This document shows positions 37,116 through 46,678 of a DNA stretch of 64,000 nt, in pieces (the stretch's first letter is position 1; every line of letters begins with the position of its first letter). The position numbers were made by a program, and so were the translations under genes. The notes beneath the pieces were generated by a model. It was not told the DNA's origin and made no database searches. It worked only from the letters and a program-made list of their open reading frames with translations. The stretch spans positions 269 through 64,268 of the forward strand of contig JAGXLR010000001.1 of NCBI GenBank assembly GCA_018334555.1. Direction: 5' to 3'. Source of the stretch: Desulfobacterales bacterium (GTDB lineage: Bacteria; Desulfobacterota; Desulfobacteria; Desulfobacterales; Desulfosalsimonadaceae).

Positions 37116-38607
37116 TTTTTTCGTCTTTCCTTGTCTGTTCCATCACAGGAAGTTCAATATGAAACAGGGTCCCCTCACCGCCCTTGCTTTCCGCCCGGAT
37201 GGTGCCGCCATGGCTCTCAAGAATGCCATATACCATGCTCAACCCCAGGCCGGTGCCCTTGCCCTGTTCCTTGGTGGTATAAAACGGCTCAAATATATGG
37301 GGCAGCACATCATCGGGGATGCCCGGGCCCGTATCAGAGATTTCGATGCAGATCCTGTTTTTCTCCGCCGCATGCCAGGTTTTAATACTCAAAACGCCGT
37401 TTCCCTCCAATGCGTCCGCCCCGTTTAAAATAATATTCATAAATACATGGTTTAACTGTTGGGCATCCCCGCTTATGGGGGGAAGGCTCTCGGCCAGCGC
37501 CTTCTCTATCTTGATATTGTGAAATATCGATTGGTTCTCTAACAAAAAAATGGTGCGGCTGATGATCTCGTTGATATCCTGGGGCTTCATCTCCTGATCG
37601 GTCTGACGGGCGAACTCGAGCAGCTCCTTGACCGTTTCCTTGGCCCGCTCCGCATCCTCCAGGACCCGGGTGAGGTCCGCCGTGGCCTCCTCGGGCAGAT
37701 CATATTCATCCATCACAAGCTTTGTATACAGAATGATCCCGCCCAGGGGGTTGTTCAACTGATGGGCCACGCCCGCGGCCATTTTCCCGAGCGACGCCAT
37801 CTTTTCCGCCTGGAGCAGCTGTACCTGGGTATTTTCCAATTCCTTCTGCATTCGGATTTCATCCCGGCGGTCATGGAAGAATCCGATTGTCGCCACCTTA
37901 TTGCCGTTGGCATCATAGACGATGGAGGCGTTCAGGCTGATGGGGATGAGGTCCCCATTCTTGTGCTGTCCGTTAATATGGTAGCCTTTCAACTTGCCAA
38001 CGCCGCCGTAGGCCTCGGAAAGCAGCATCCGCATCACCTCCCTGGCCCCATCGCCCGGATAGACATCCCGGATGGTTATCTCATTCAAGGCCTCTTCAAC
38101 CGCATAGCCGAGGATTTGCTCGGCGGCCTCGTTGAAAATTAGTATCCGGCCGGAGGGATCCGAGGCGATCACGGCATCCACCGCACTGTGCAGCAGATTA
38201 CGAAGGAAGGCATTTGACTGCAGCCTTTTTTCTTCCATGTTTTTTAACGCCGGCAAATCAAAATCCAGCATCACCAACGCCTCCACCTTATCCCCTTTAT
38301 ATATGGGATAGGAAAACAGGCACATGGTTTCATCGAAATCCCTTGAATCGTTCCAGTGATCATATCGGAGTGAGGATTTGCCGGTGCGCATGACTTCATC
38401 AGCCGGACAAGTGGCGCATGGCTGCTTTCGGCCAAATAAGGCCTCATGGCAGGACCGGCCGACTAAATCCCGGGAATTACCCTGTATGGCCGTGTCATTT
38501 GCGGCTAAAATTTTATAGTCGGGCGATACGATAAAAATTCTCCGGTTGAATGCATCAATCGCATCCAGAAGATAGGCCTTCTCGCTTTCCGTGCGGTCGG
38601 CTACCAT
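37108..38607 (-). CDS. PAS-domain sensor histidine kinase
   Basis: 499 aa with two PAS-like regions, an H-box (AHQLNNPL) and an ATPase domain (DTGPGI, GTGLGLSM). Its stop overlaps the start of the downstream hybrid kinase by 8 nt. Confidence 0.85.
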   Translation of the reverse strand: MVADRTESEKAYLLDAIDAFNRRIFIVSPDYKILAANDTAIQGNSRDLVGRSCHEALFGRKQPCATCPADEVMRTGKSSLRYDHWNDSRDFDETMCLFSYPIYKGDKVEALVMLDFDLPALKNMEEKRLQSNAFLRNLLHSAVDAVIASDPSGRILIFNEAAEQILGYAVEEALNEITIRDVYPGDGAREVMRMLLSEAYGGVGKLKGYHINGQHKNGDLIPISLNASIVYDANGNKVATIGFFHDRRDEIRMQKELENTQVQLLQAEKMASLGKMAAGVAHQLNNPLGGIILYTKLVMDEYDLPEEATADLTRVLEDAERAKETVKELLEFARQTDQEMKPQDINEIISRTIFLLENQSIFHNIKIEKALAESLPPISGDAQQLNHVFMNIILNGADALEGNGVLSIKTWHAAEKNRICIEISDTGPGIPDDVLPHIFEPFYTTKEQGKGTGLGLSMVYGILESHGGTIRAESKGGEGTLFHIELPVMEQTRKDEKIG

Positions 38608-38810
38608 AGCGGATTTCCTAACTGTTGGGGTTGTCTGACGAGATGAAAATATCCTATGAAACCGCGTTAGTCAAGCAGAACCCTGTCCAGAAAAAGCGCC
38701 GGTACGTTCCTGCAGATGCCCAAAGCGGCTGTCTGCACAAAATATTTCTGTTGCAAGGGCTTTTAAATAAATGATATCCGAAGTGACGGGAACTGTTATG
38801 GATCAAACAG

Positions 38811-40127
38811 ATGGCGATCAATATGATGCGCTTGGGAAAACTGCAGAAATTCTCATTTATCCTCTATGATATGGGCTGGCGATTGGCCTTACCGCTGCTC
38901 AGGTTAAACCCCCGTCTAAAAGACGGATATGCGGCGCGTATATTGAAAGTTTTGCCGAAGGGACCGATCGATATCTGGATTCAGGCGGCATCGGCCGGAG
39001 AGGCCTACCTCGCCGTCTCTCTGATAAAAGCCCTGCCGACGGACAGGGAATTGGATATACTGGTCAGCACCAATACCCGCCAGGGGATGGGGATTCTGGA
39101 AAAAGCCGGGGCCGAGCTAAAGGCCCAGGGTTCTCGACTCAATGTGGGGCTCTCATTTTTTCCATTTGACAAGCCGTCCATAATGGAAACGGCTGTCCGC
39201 AAAATTGCCCCACGGGTGATGGTATTGCTGGAGACCGAATTATGGCCCGGCCTTTTGTTCGCACTGCACAAATACGGGTGCCGGATCCTTATTATCAATG
39301 CCCGGATGACGACTAAAAGTTTAAAGCGGTACCGGATGCTGCCCAACCTTTGGAAGAAACTGGCGCCTGAGCGGGTACTAGCCATATCAAGGGCTGACGC
39401 GGATCGATTCGCCGAACTTTTCGGCGCCAAAACCGTCGGGATCATGCCGAACATAAAATTTGATCGGGTAAGCCTCGATGGTTCGCCTGATGACAAAGCC
39501 GGCAGGCTCCACGGACTGCTCCCCGAAGACTGCGGCTTCCTGGTTTTAGGCTCCATCCGGCAGGAAGAAGAATCCGATATCATAGCCATGATCGAGAAAA
39601 TCAGAAGCCGTTTCCCGGATCTTATTATCGGGCTTTTCCCCCGGCATATGCACAGACTGACTGCCTGGCGGCAGAATCTCCAGAAAATACAGAAGAACTG
39701 GACATACCGCTCCGCCCTTTCCACCGAACCGATTAAGCCGGGGGCCATCGTATTGTGGGACGCCTTTGGGGAGTTGAACGCGGCCTACGCCATAGCTACA
39801 GCTGTTTTTGTCGGCGGCAGCCTGGCGCCATTAGGGGGGCAGAATTTTCTGGAACCGTTAATCCACGGGATAATTCCGGTCATCGGGCCGTCATGGGAAA
39901 ACTTCGCCTGGGTCGAAGAAGGCCTTTTCTCCCTGGGGCTGGTACGAAAAACCAAAAACTGGCAGACGGCGGCTGCGGAGTTGATCGATTGGATTGAGAA
40001 CCCGGCGCCCCGGGATCAGATCCGGGACATGGCCGCCGATTATGTAAAAAAAAGACAGGGAGGTACAGAGCAGGCATGCCGGCTGCTCATGCAGACGCTT
40101 GCCTCCCAACCATCGGATAAGCCGTAA
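38811..40127 (+). CDS. waaA: 3-deoxy-D-manno-octulosonic acid (Kdo) transferase
   Basis: 438 aa with the WIQAASAGE motif and glycosyltransferase family 30 character. It abuts kdsB. Confidence 0.85.
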   Translation: MAINMMRLGKLQKFSFILYDMGWRLALPLLRLNPRLKDGYAARILKVLPKGPIDIWIQAASAGEAYLAVSLIKALPTDRELDILVSTNTRQGMGILEKAGAELKAQGSRLNVGLSFFPFDKPSIMETAVRKIAPRVMVLLETELWPGLLFALHKYGCRILIINARMTTKSLKRYRMLPNLWKKLAPERVLAISRADADRFAELFGAKTVGIMPNIKFDRVSLDGSPDDKAGRLHGLLPEDCGFLVLGSIRQEEESDIIAMIEKIRSRFPDLIIGLFPRHMHRLTAWRQNLQKIQKNWTYRSALSTEPIKPGAIVLWDAFGELNAAYAIATAVFVGGSLAPLGGQNFLEPLIHGIIPVIGPSWENFAWVEEGLFSLGLVRKTKNWQTAAAELIDWIENPAPRDQIRDMAADYVKKRQGGTEQACRLLMQTLASQPSDKP

Positions 40128-40891
40128 TGGAAGATAAACCGAACTGCTATGGCATTATTCCGGCCAGATACGCTTCGACCCGTTTTCCCGGCAAGCCCTT
40201 GGCTGACATCTGCGGGAAACCCATGTTCTGGCACGTATACCATCGGGCCAAACAGTGCGAGGATATCTCAGAGGTCTACCTGGCCACAGACGACGAACGG
40301 ATCGCCGAGGCGGCAAAGCATCTGGAGGTGCCGGTCACTATAACCCGATCCGACCATGCCAGCGGCACGGACCGGGTATTTGAAGCCGCGAGAAGACTAA
40401 ATATCCATAGCAACGATGTGGTGATCAATATTCAGGGCGATGAGCCGGTGCTAAGCCCCATGATACTGACTGAATTGATCCGGCCTTTCGCGAATGCGGA
40501 AGTCTGCGTTACCACGCCGGTCCGCCCCATTGATCCGGAAAGCGCCCAAAGCCCGGACCGCGTAAAGGTCGTATTTTCATCCGAAAACGAGGCTTTATAT
40601 TTCTCCCGCGCCCGGATTCCCTATGCCAGGCAGGCCGGAAAAGAAAAGTTTTACGGTCATATCGGCATGTACGCATTCCGGATGTCCGTACTGGCAAAAT
40701 TCGTTTCGCTGCCACCGGGGCGGATTGAAACCATAGAAAAACTCGAGCAGCTGCGTCTGCTGGAAAACAGCATTCCCATCCATATCGTCGTTACGGATCA
40801 TGAAAGCCTGAGCGTGGACCGGCCGGAAGACCTTGAAACGGTTGTCCGCTATCTCGGCTGCAGCCAAAATCAAAAACCCAATCATACCTGA
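40127..40891 (+). CDS. kdsB: 3-deoxy-manno-octulosonate cytidylyltransferase (CMP-Kdo synthetase)
   Basis: 254 aa with IIPARYASTRFPGKPL and NIQGDEP motifs. Confidence 0.9.
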   Translation: MEDKPNCYGIIPARYASTRFPGKPLADICGKPMFWHVYHRAKQCEDISEVYLATDDERIAEAAKHLEVPVTITRSDHASGTDRVFEAARRLNIHSNDVVINIQGDEPVLSPMILTELIRPFANAEVCVTTPVRPIDPESAQSPDRVKVVFSSENEALYFSRARIPYARQAGKEKFYGHIGMYAFRMSVLAKFVSLPPGRIETIEKLEQLRLLENSIPIHIVVTDHESLSVDRPEDLETVVRYLGCSQNQKPNHT

Positions 40892-40901
40892 AGGAAAAAA
40901 T

Positions 40902-41483
40902 ATGGCGTTTCATCGGATCAACGATTTTTTCAACAGCAAAAAAGTCCGCTCCGTATTTCTCAAACTGAGATACCCGTTGTTTATCGTGCTGCTGGTGCTT
41001 TTGCTGACGCAGCTGACGCCCCGTTGGTTCGTTCCGGGTCTGATCGTCTCGATATTGGGGGAAATATTGCAGGTATGGTGTTTTTCAACCATTAAAACCA
41101 AAAAACGGCTCACCCGGGTCGGCCCCTACATGCTCATGCGCAATCCCATGTATATCGGTCGATTCTTTCTCATATTCGGCGTTTTGATGATGACCGGCAA
41201 TATCTGGATACTCATCGGGTTTACCCTCCTCTACTACTTCTATATGGTCAACCGGGTCAGGCGGGAGGAAGAGACCCTGGGGAAAATATTCGGTGAGGCC
41301 TATGAAGACTATTGCCGGACGGTAAATCGCTATATGCCCAGCTTAAAAAAGATCGAGCCCAAAAATTTGCTCGCCGTCTCATCGGAGAGTTTTTTTCAAA
41401 ACAATGCCCATTGGAACATACTTCTGGTCCTATTCTGCTATATCATCCTGTTCTGTGCGACGTTTATCCGGCCGATGGCATAG
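40902..41483 (+). CDS. Isoprenylcysteine carboxyl methyltransferase (ICMT)-family membrane methyltransferase
   Basis: The preferred start is the ATG at 40902. The protein is polytopic and hydrophobic, with the C-terminal block RVGPYMLMRNPMYIGRF...RVRREEETL typical of the ICMT/PEMT family. It is embedded in the Kdo/lipid A cluster. Confidence 0.7.
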   Translation: MAFHRINDFFNSKKVRSVFLKLRYPLFIVLLVLLLTQLTPRWFVPGLIVSILGEILQVWCFSTIKTKKRLTRVGPYMLMRNPMYIGRFFLIFGVLMMTGNIWILIGFTLLYYFYMVNRVRREEETLGKIFGEAYEDYCRTVNRYMPSLKKIEPKNLLAVSSESFFQNNAHWNILLVLFCYIILFCATFIRPMA

Positions 41484-42633
41484 GCTTAAGAAATTGATTG
41501 ATATAGTCCGTCAACCCTTCCCGGTCACTGCCGAAATCCATCTCTATCCCGATCACAGCCAGGTCTACCGGCGTTCTTATCCGCCCCTGGATTCGGGCAT
41601 AATCTTTTTGTGTGGTAACGACGCAGTCGACTGAAACCGCCTCGGCGCGTTTGAAAATCCGACGGAGATCCGCCCCGGAATATCCATAATGATCCGGAAA
41701 TTCAAAAAAATCAACTAACTCTTTGGACACGTCCGTAACCATACGTCTAAATTCCGTGTTCCGGGCGATCCCTGAAAACCCCAGAATACGCTTATTTTGG
41801 AACGATCCGAAATCATATGGGTCAAGGCCGGCGGCGGCATCAATCGGCATTTCCTCACCGGCTTTTACAACCCCATATAAAAAAGGCCGGTTAGCCGATC
41901 GAAAAATCGGTATATGCGGAACAGCCTTCGCTATTTTGGCATCAAAGGCTATATCCGTGGGATCGGAGCGCGTCATCACGATGGCATCCGCCCTCGCCAG
42001 AGCCTCCAGCGGCTCTCGCAGGATCCCCCGGGGCAACAAAAACCCGTTTCCGAACCCCACGGTGGCATCCACCAGGACAAAATCAAGATCCCGGTGCAAC
42101 CGACGATGCTGAAAGCCGTCATCTAGAATAATCACATCCGGAGTAAACCTGGCTATCGCTTTTCTGGCGGCTGTATAGCGATCCGCGCCAACGAGAAAAG
42201 GGATATGCGGCAGGCAGGCGGCCATCATAAAGGGCTCATCTCCCGCCTGATCCGGCCCCATCAAAATATTTGTCCCGTCACTGACGACACCGCCCGCCTT
42301 TTCCATTTTTCCCTTGTACCCCCGGCTGAGGACCGCCGGTGAATACCCGGAATCCTTCAGCGTTTGCGCCAGATACATCGTCATGGGCGTCTTGCCGCTG
42401 CCGCCGACCGTCAGGTTACCAACCGATATGACCCGGCATGGGAGTCGGTGTTCACGGAAGATGCCGTTCTCAAACCCTTTGGATCGCAGACGGACGCCCG
42501 CCTCATAAAAGCCGGATAAAAGATACAGCCCCTTTTCCAACAGGCCCCGGTTCTGCCTGGCATCATTTCTCATGCATGCCTGAACCCGGGCTGACACTGT
42601 TTCTATAATCCCTTCGCGACGTCTATTACTCAA
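41464..42633 (-). CDS. lpxK: Tetraacyldisaccharide 4'-kinase
   Basis: 389 aa with the P-loop VGNLTVGGSGKTP typical of LpxK. Confidence 0.85.
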   Translation of the reverse strand: MSNRRREGIIETVSARVQACMRNDARQNRGLLEKGLYLLSGFYEAGVRLRSKGFENGIFREHRLPCRVISVGNLTVGGSGKTPMTMYLAQTLKDSGYSPAVLSRGYKGKMEKAGGVVSDGTNILMGPDQAGDEPFMMAACLPHIPFLVGADRYTAARKAIARFTPDVIILDDGFQHRRLHRDLDFVLVDATVGFGNGFLLPRGILREPLEALARADAIVMTRSDPTDIAFDAKIAKAVPHIPIFRSANRPFLYGVVKAGEEMPIDAAAGLDPYDFGSFQNKRILGFSGIARNTEFRRMVTDVSKELVDFFEFPDHYGYSGADLRRIFKRAEAVSVDCVVTTQKDYARIQGRIRTPVDLAVIGIEMDFGSDREGLTDYINQFLKPMPSAG

Positions 42634-43702
42634 GATTTAGCACCATGAAGCCGGCGATACAGATAAAAATCAAATTGGCCATCCATGCGGCAAACAGGGG
42701 GGGCAGGATCTCCCCATAGCCGAGCGACAGGCAAAAACTGTACAGGGACCAGTATACAAAAGCGGTAACAATCCCGTAGGCAAAGCTGACGGCCATGCCC
42801 TCCCGCGTTTTTCCCCTCAGGGCGATGGCGGAGCCGATCAGGCACATAATCAAACACACGACCGGAAACGCGGTCTTTGCATAGAAATCTACCTTGTAAT
42901 GCGTCGCATCATAGCCATTGCGCTCCGCCTTACGGATATAGTGCCACAGCCTTGAAAAATTCATCTCTTCCGCCGATTTGGCCACCCGTTTCAAGTCACC
43001 CGGCTTTAATGGCAGATCGACTTTTTTCTTGTCATAAAAGGTGCTGTCGGGGGTGCCCGCCGCCCCGTCGAAATGCTGAACCATGGCTGAGAAAAATGTC
43101 CATTGCCCGCCTTGATATACGCCCTTTTCGGCATCGATACGGCGGCTTAGGTGGAACTCGCCATCGAAAAACATCGTAGAGACCCCGTAAATAATCTTCT
43201 CTGCCGGATGGAAATATTGAATATGGGTAATCCCCCGATGATGCCGAAGCCATATGTTTTTCTCCCTCGAGGTCATCATCGCCTTGTTGGCGGATCCGCC
43301 CTCTTCCAGATGAAATGCCCGGCTGATCGTGATGGGGACAAAGGCTTCTGAAAAGATGAAAAGCCCCGCGCTTAAAAGCAGTCCGATCCCCAAGACAGGC
43401 ATCAGCAAATACTGCAGACTCACGCCGGAGCTTTTTAGCGCCACCACCTCGTTGTTTTTCGACATTAGCCCGAAAACGATTAATACCGACAGCAATACGG
43501 CCACGGGGGTAATTTGTGAGACGATCAACGGCACCTTGTAGACAAAATAAAGCGCCATCTCCATCGCCCGCAATTCGGCGTCGAGCAGGTTATCCATCTT
43601 TCCGAATACATCGACGGAAAGATAAATCGCTATCACCATGACCAGCACAATGCCAAAAAACTTAAAAAACATTCGGGTGATATAGCGGTGGATAATGGGC
43701 AT
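42626..43702 (-). CDS. lptG: LPS export ABC permease LptG (YjgP/YjgQ family)
   Basis: 358-aa polytopic permease and the second of two adjacent YjgP/YjgQ-type genes. Overlaps lpxK by 8 nt. Confidence 0.7.
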   Translation of the reverse strand: MPIIHRYITRMFFKFFGIVLVMVIAIYLSVDVFGKMDNLLDAELRAMEMALYFVYKVPLIVSQITPVAVLLSVLIVFGLMSKNNEVVALKSSGVSLQYLLMPVLGIGLLLSAGLFIFSEAFVPITISRAFHLEEGGSANKAMMTSREKNIWLRHHRGITHIQYFHPAEKIIYGVSTMFFDGEFHLSRRIDAEKGVYQGGQWTFFSAMVQHFDGAAGTPDSTFYDKKKVDLPLKPGDLKRVAKSAEEMNFSRLWHYIRKAERNGYDATHYKVDFYAKTAFPVVCLIMCLIGSAIALRGKTREGMAVSFAYGIVTAFVYWSLYSFCLSLGYGEILPPLFAAWMANLIFICIAGFMVLNLE

Positions 43703-43715
43703 AACAGTTAGGCGT

Positions 43716-44867
43716 TTAGCGTTTGAATGGGTTGAAAAGTTTGAACCGCATCAACGGCTTGTCGTTGGCCGCCCTGATGAGGAGGTAGATGCCGGCCCCG
43801 CCCATAACTATATTGGGCGCCCACATACCGATCAATGGCGGATAGATACCGGTTTCGCCAAAAACGAGACCGGCCGACAGCATGACATAGTATAATAGAA
43901 AAGCGAACAGTCCGATCCCGAGGCCGGCGGAACGACGGGTTGAGATGGAACCGATGCCCAGCGGCACCGCCAGTAAGGCCAGGGCGATGCTGGCGGCCGG
44001 AATGGAAAATTTTTTGTGCAGCTCCATCAATACAGCATAATAGTCTGCCGTTGGCTCCTTTGCCCGGCTCAAATAGCTATTGAGCTCGGAAAAAGTCATT
44101 TCCTCCTCATCCTTCTCCCCCTCTTTAATATCCGCCACTGCGCTCTTAAAATCGAGTCGCAGATCGTAAGTATCAAAGCGGATGGTATGGGCGGAGCGGT
44201 CCGCCAGATCCACCTGATTGATAGTGCCGTCATAAAGCCTTAGTATAAAGGCATATTTATTCTCCTCGGCAAACATATGCCCTTTGGGAGCCACAACGGT
44301 GCTGCTTATGCCCTCTTTGCGCTGATCCTCGATAAAAATATTTTCCAACATCTGATTTTTCTTGCTGATATGGCTTACATAGAATGTAACCCCTTTGAAG
44401 CTGTCGTTAAACCGCTTTTCCTTGAGCCCGACGCTGAAGTTGGAGCGGGCGACGTCAAGGGCCAGCATTTTAGACGCGTTGCTGCCCCAGGGCATTCCAT
44501 AGACCGCCATGAAGCCGGTTATCCCTGCGCAAATGGCGCCAAAAATCAAAACCGGCGGCAATAGCTGGTAAAGGCTGACCCCCGCGGCTTTTAAAGCGAC
44601 GATCTCATTATCGCCGGCCATCCGCAGGAAGGTAAGAAGAATGCCCATCATGACGGACATGGGAATAATATAGACCAGAAAATAGGGCATGGAATAGAGG
44701 AGCATCAGCATAAAGGTTGTGATGCTGACCTGATAATTGACAATCATGTTTGTGATCTCAAGGATCTGTTCCATCAAAAAGATAAAAGAAAAAAATATCA
44801 GATTGATCACAAACGGCGGGATAAATTCCAGCAGCAGGTATCGATGGATGATCAAATGGGATTTCAT
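43716..44867 (-). CDS. lptF: LPS export ABC permease LptF (YjgP/YjgQ family)
   Basis: 383-aa polytopic permease and the first of the pair. Confidence 0.7.
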   Translation of the reverse strand: MKSHLIIHRYLLLEFIPPFVINLIFFSFIFLMEQILEITNMIVNYQVSITTFMLMLLYSMPYFLVYIIPMSVMMGILLTFLRMAGDNEIVALKAAGVSLYQLLPPVLIFGAICAGITGFMAVYGMPWGSNASKMLALDVARSNFSVGLKEKRFNDSFKGVTFYVSHISKKNQMLENIFIEDQRKEGISSTVVAPKGHMFAEENKYAFILRLYDGTINQVDLADRSAHTIRFDTYDLRLDFKSAVADIKEGEKDEEEMTFSELNSYLSRAKEPTADYYAVLMELHKKFSIPAASIALALLAVPLGIGSISTRRSAGLGIGLFAFLLYYVMLSAGLVFGETGIYPPLIGMWAPNIVMGGAGIYLLIRAANDKPLMRFKLFNPFKR

Positions 44868-44876
44868 GATGGGACT

Positions 44877-46667
44877 CTACCCTGTGGTCGCCCCCTGTGC
44901 TGACACATCGTCAGCCTCGGTTTCGGCAAACTGAACTTTATAGAGATTATAGTATTCGCCCTTACGGGCAAGCAGCTCCGAATGCGTCCCCTCTTCAACG
45001 ACATGCCCCCCTGCCAGGACAATGATACGATGGGCGTAATGAACCGTTGAAAGACGATGGGCAATGACCAATGAGGTGCGACCTTTCATGAGATTCTCCA
45101 ACGCCTTTTGCACCAGGCGCTCCGATTCGGTGTCCAAGGCGGCGGTGGCCTCATCGAGAATCAGGATCGGGGCATCCTTTAGCAACGCCCGGGCAATGCA
45201 CATCCGCTGCTTTTCTCCGCCGGAAAGACGGTTGCCAAGCTCGCCGATATTCGTATCCAATCCTTTAGGCAGCGTTTTAACAAAATTAAGAATATATGCC
45301 GCCTCAGCGGCTTCTTCGATCTGGCGCTCCGAGGCCTCGAAGCTGCCATATGTTATATTGGCCCGGATGGTGTCATTAAAAAGAATCGGTTCCTGGGTAA
45401 CAATGGCGATTTCCCGGCGAAGGTTTTCGACGGTGATATCTCGGATATCCAGCCCGTCAATCCGGATCGCCCCGGCGGTGACATCATAGAAGCGGGGAAT
45501 CAGATTGACGAGGGTGGTCTTGCCGCCACCGCTGGAGCCGACAAGCGCCAGGACCTCACCGGGTTCAACCCTCAACCCGATATTTTCCAGGACCGTTTCC
45601 GCCCCATCATAAGAAAACGAGACCTCGTCGAATTCAATCCGATGGGTTTGCCGGGGCAGCAGCTCCGGCGCTTTCGGGTCCTGAATATCGGACTCGGTCT
45701 CCAGTATGTCAAATATCCGATCAGCTGCGGCAAGGCCCTGCTGAGCCGTGTTGTTTAACTTGCTTAGCTTCTTGACTGGCGGATACAGAAGCATCACAGC
45801 CGTCATAAAGGAAAAAAACGTGCCCGGCGTTGAAGAGCCGTAGATGACGCTTTTGCCGCCATACCAGATTACAAGCGCGATGCCGATGCCGCCAAAAACC
45901 TCCATTACCGGTGAGGTCAACGCCCGGGCCCGGATGGATTTGACCTCGAACCGGAAGACTTTTTGGTTTTTCCGGAAAAAATTCTGTTTTTCGTAGGACT
46001 CCATGCCAAAGGCTTTAACGATTTTAGCCCCGGAAAATTTTTCATGAAGAAATGCGTTTAGATCCGCCATGGATTCCTGGGTCCGGGTGGAAAAGCGTCT
46101 GACGCGGCGGCCGAATTCTACGACCGGGAAAAATGCCACAGGAAGCACGAACACGGCGATTAATGCAAGCTTCCAATCCCGGTAGAATATCACGCCGATC
46201 AACCCGATAATGGTGAAAACATCGCGAAGCGCGCCGGTTATCGCCCGTGAAACCATATTTTTTATGACATGTACATCATATGTAATCCTTGACATCAATA
46301 CGCCGGTTCGCTGGGCGTAAAAAAAGGAGAGCGGCAAACTGTTGATCCGCTCATACAGGCTGTCCCGAAGCTGTTTGATGATCTTCTCGCCCACGTAGTG
46401 CATTAAAAAATCCTGGCCGTACATCCCGGCCCCGCGCAAGACGTAGATAATCATGATCAGTGCCGGCATGAGTTTGAGCATGAATACGTTTTCTTTCAGA
46501 AAAATATCGTCAAGCACGGGCTTGACAATAAATGCGGTGGCCGAAGTCGTGGCCGCAACAATCAACATGCAGATCATCGCCATGATAAACCTTGGCCACT
46601 CATTCTTCATATAGGCGATGAGCTGCTGGTTTCGTCTCCGGATGACTTCTTTACGACTTTTCTGCAT
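44877..46667 (-). CDS. msbA: Lipid A export ATP-binding/permease protein MsbA-type ABC transporter
   Basis: 596 aa with six N-terminal TM segments, Walker A (GSSGGGKTT), the signature LSGGEKQR and Walker B (ILILDEATA). It sits in an lpx/lpt context. Confidence 0.8.
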   Translation of the reverse strand: MQKSRKEVIRRRNQQLIAYMKNEWPRFIMAMICMLIVAATTSATAFIVKPVLDDIFLKENVFMLKLMPALIMIIYVLRGAGMYGQDFLMHYVGEKIIKQLRDSLYERINSLPLSFFYAQRTGVLMSRITYDVHVIKNMVSRAITGALRDVFTIIGLIGVIFYRDWKLALIAVFVLPVAFFPVVEFGRRVRRFSTRTQESMADLNAFLHEKFSGAKIVKAFGMESYEKQNFFRKNQKVFRFEVKSIRARALTSPVMEVFGGIGIALVIWYGGKSVIYGSSTPGTFFSFMTAVMLLYPPVKKLSKLNNTAQQGLAAADRIFDILETESDIQDPKAPELLPRQTHRIEFDEVSFSYDGAETVLENIGLRVEPGEVLALVGSSGGGKTTLVNLIPRFYDVTAGAIRIDGLDIRDITVENLRREIAIVTQEPILFNDTIRANITYGSFEASERQIEEAAEAAYILNFVKTLPKGLDTNIGELGNRLSGGEKQRMCIARALLKDAPILILDEATAALDTESERLVQKALENLMKGRTSLVIAHRLSTVHYAHRIIVLAGGHVVEEGTHSELLARKGEYYNLYKVQFAETEADDVSAQGATTG

Positions 46668-46678
46668 CTATTGAAATC

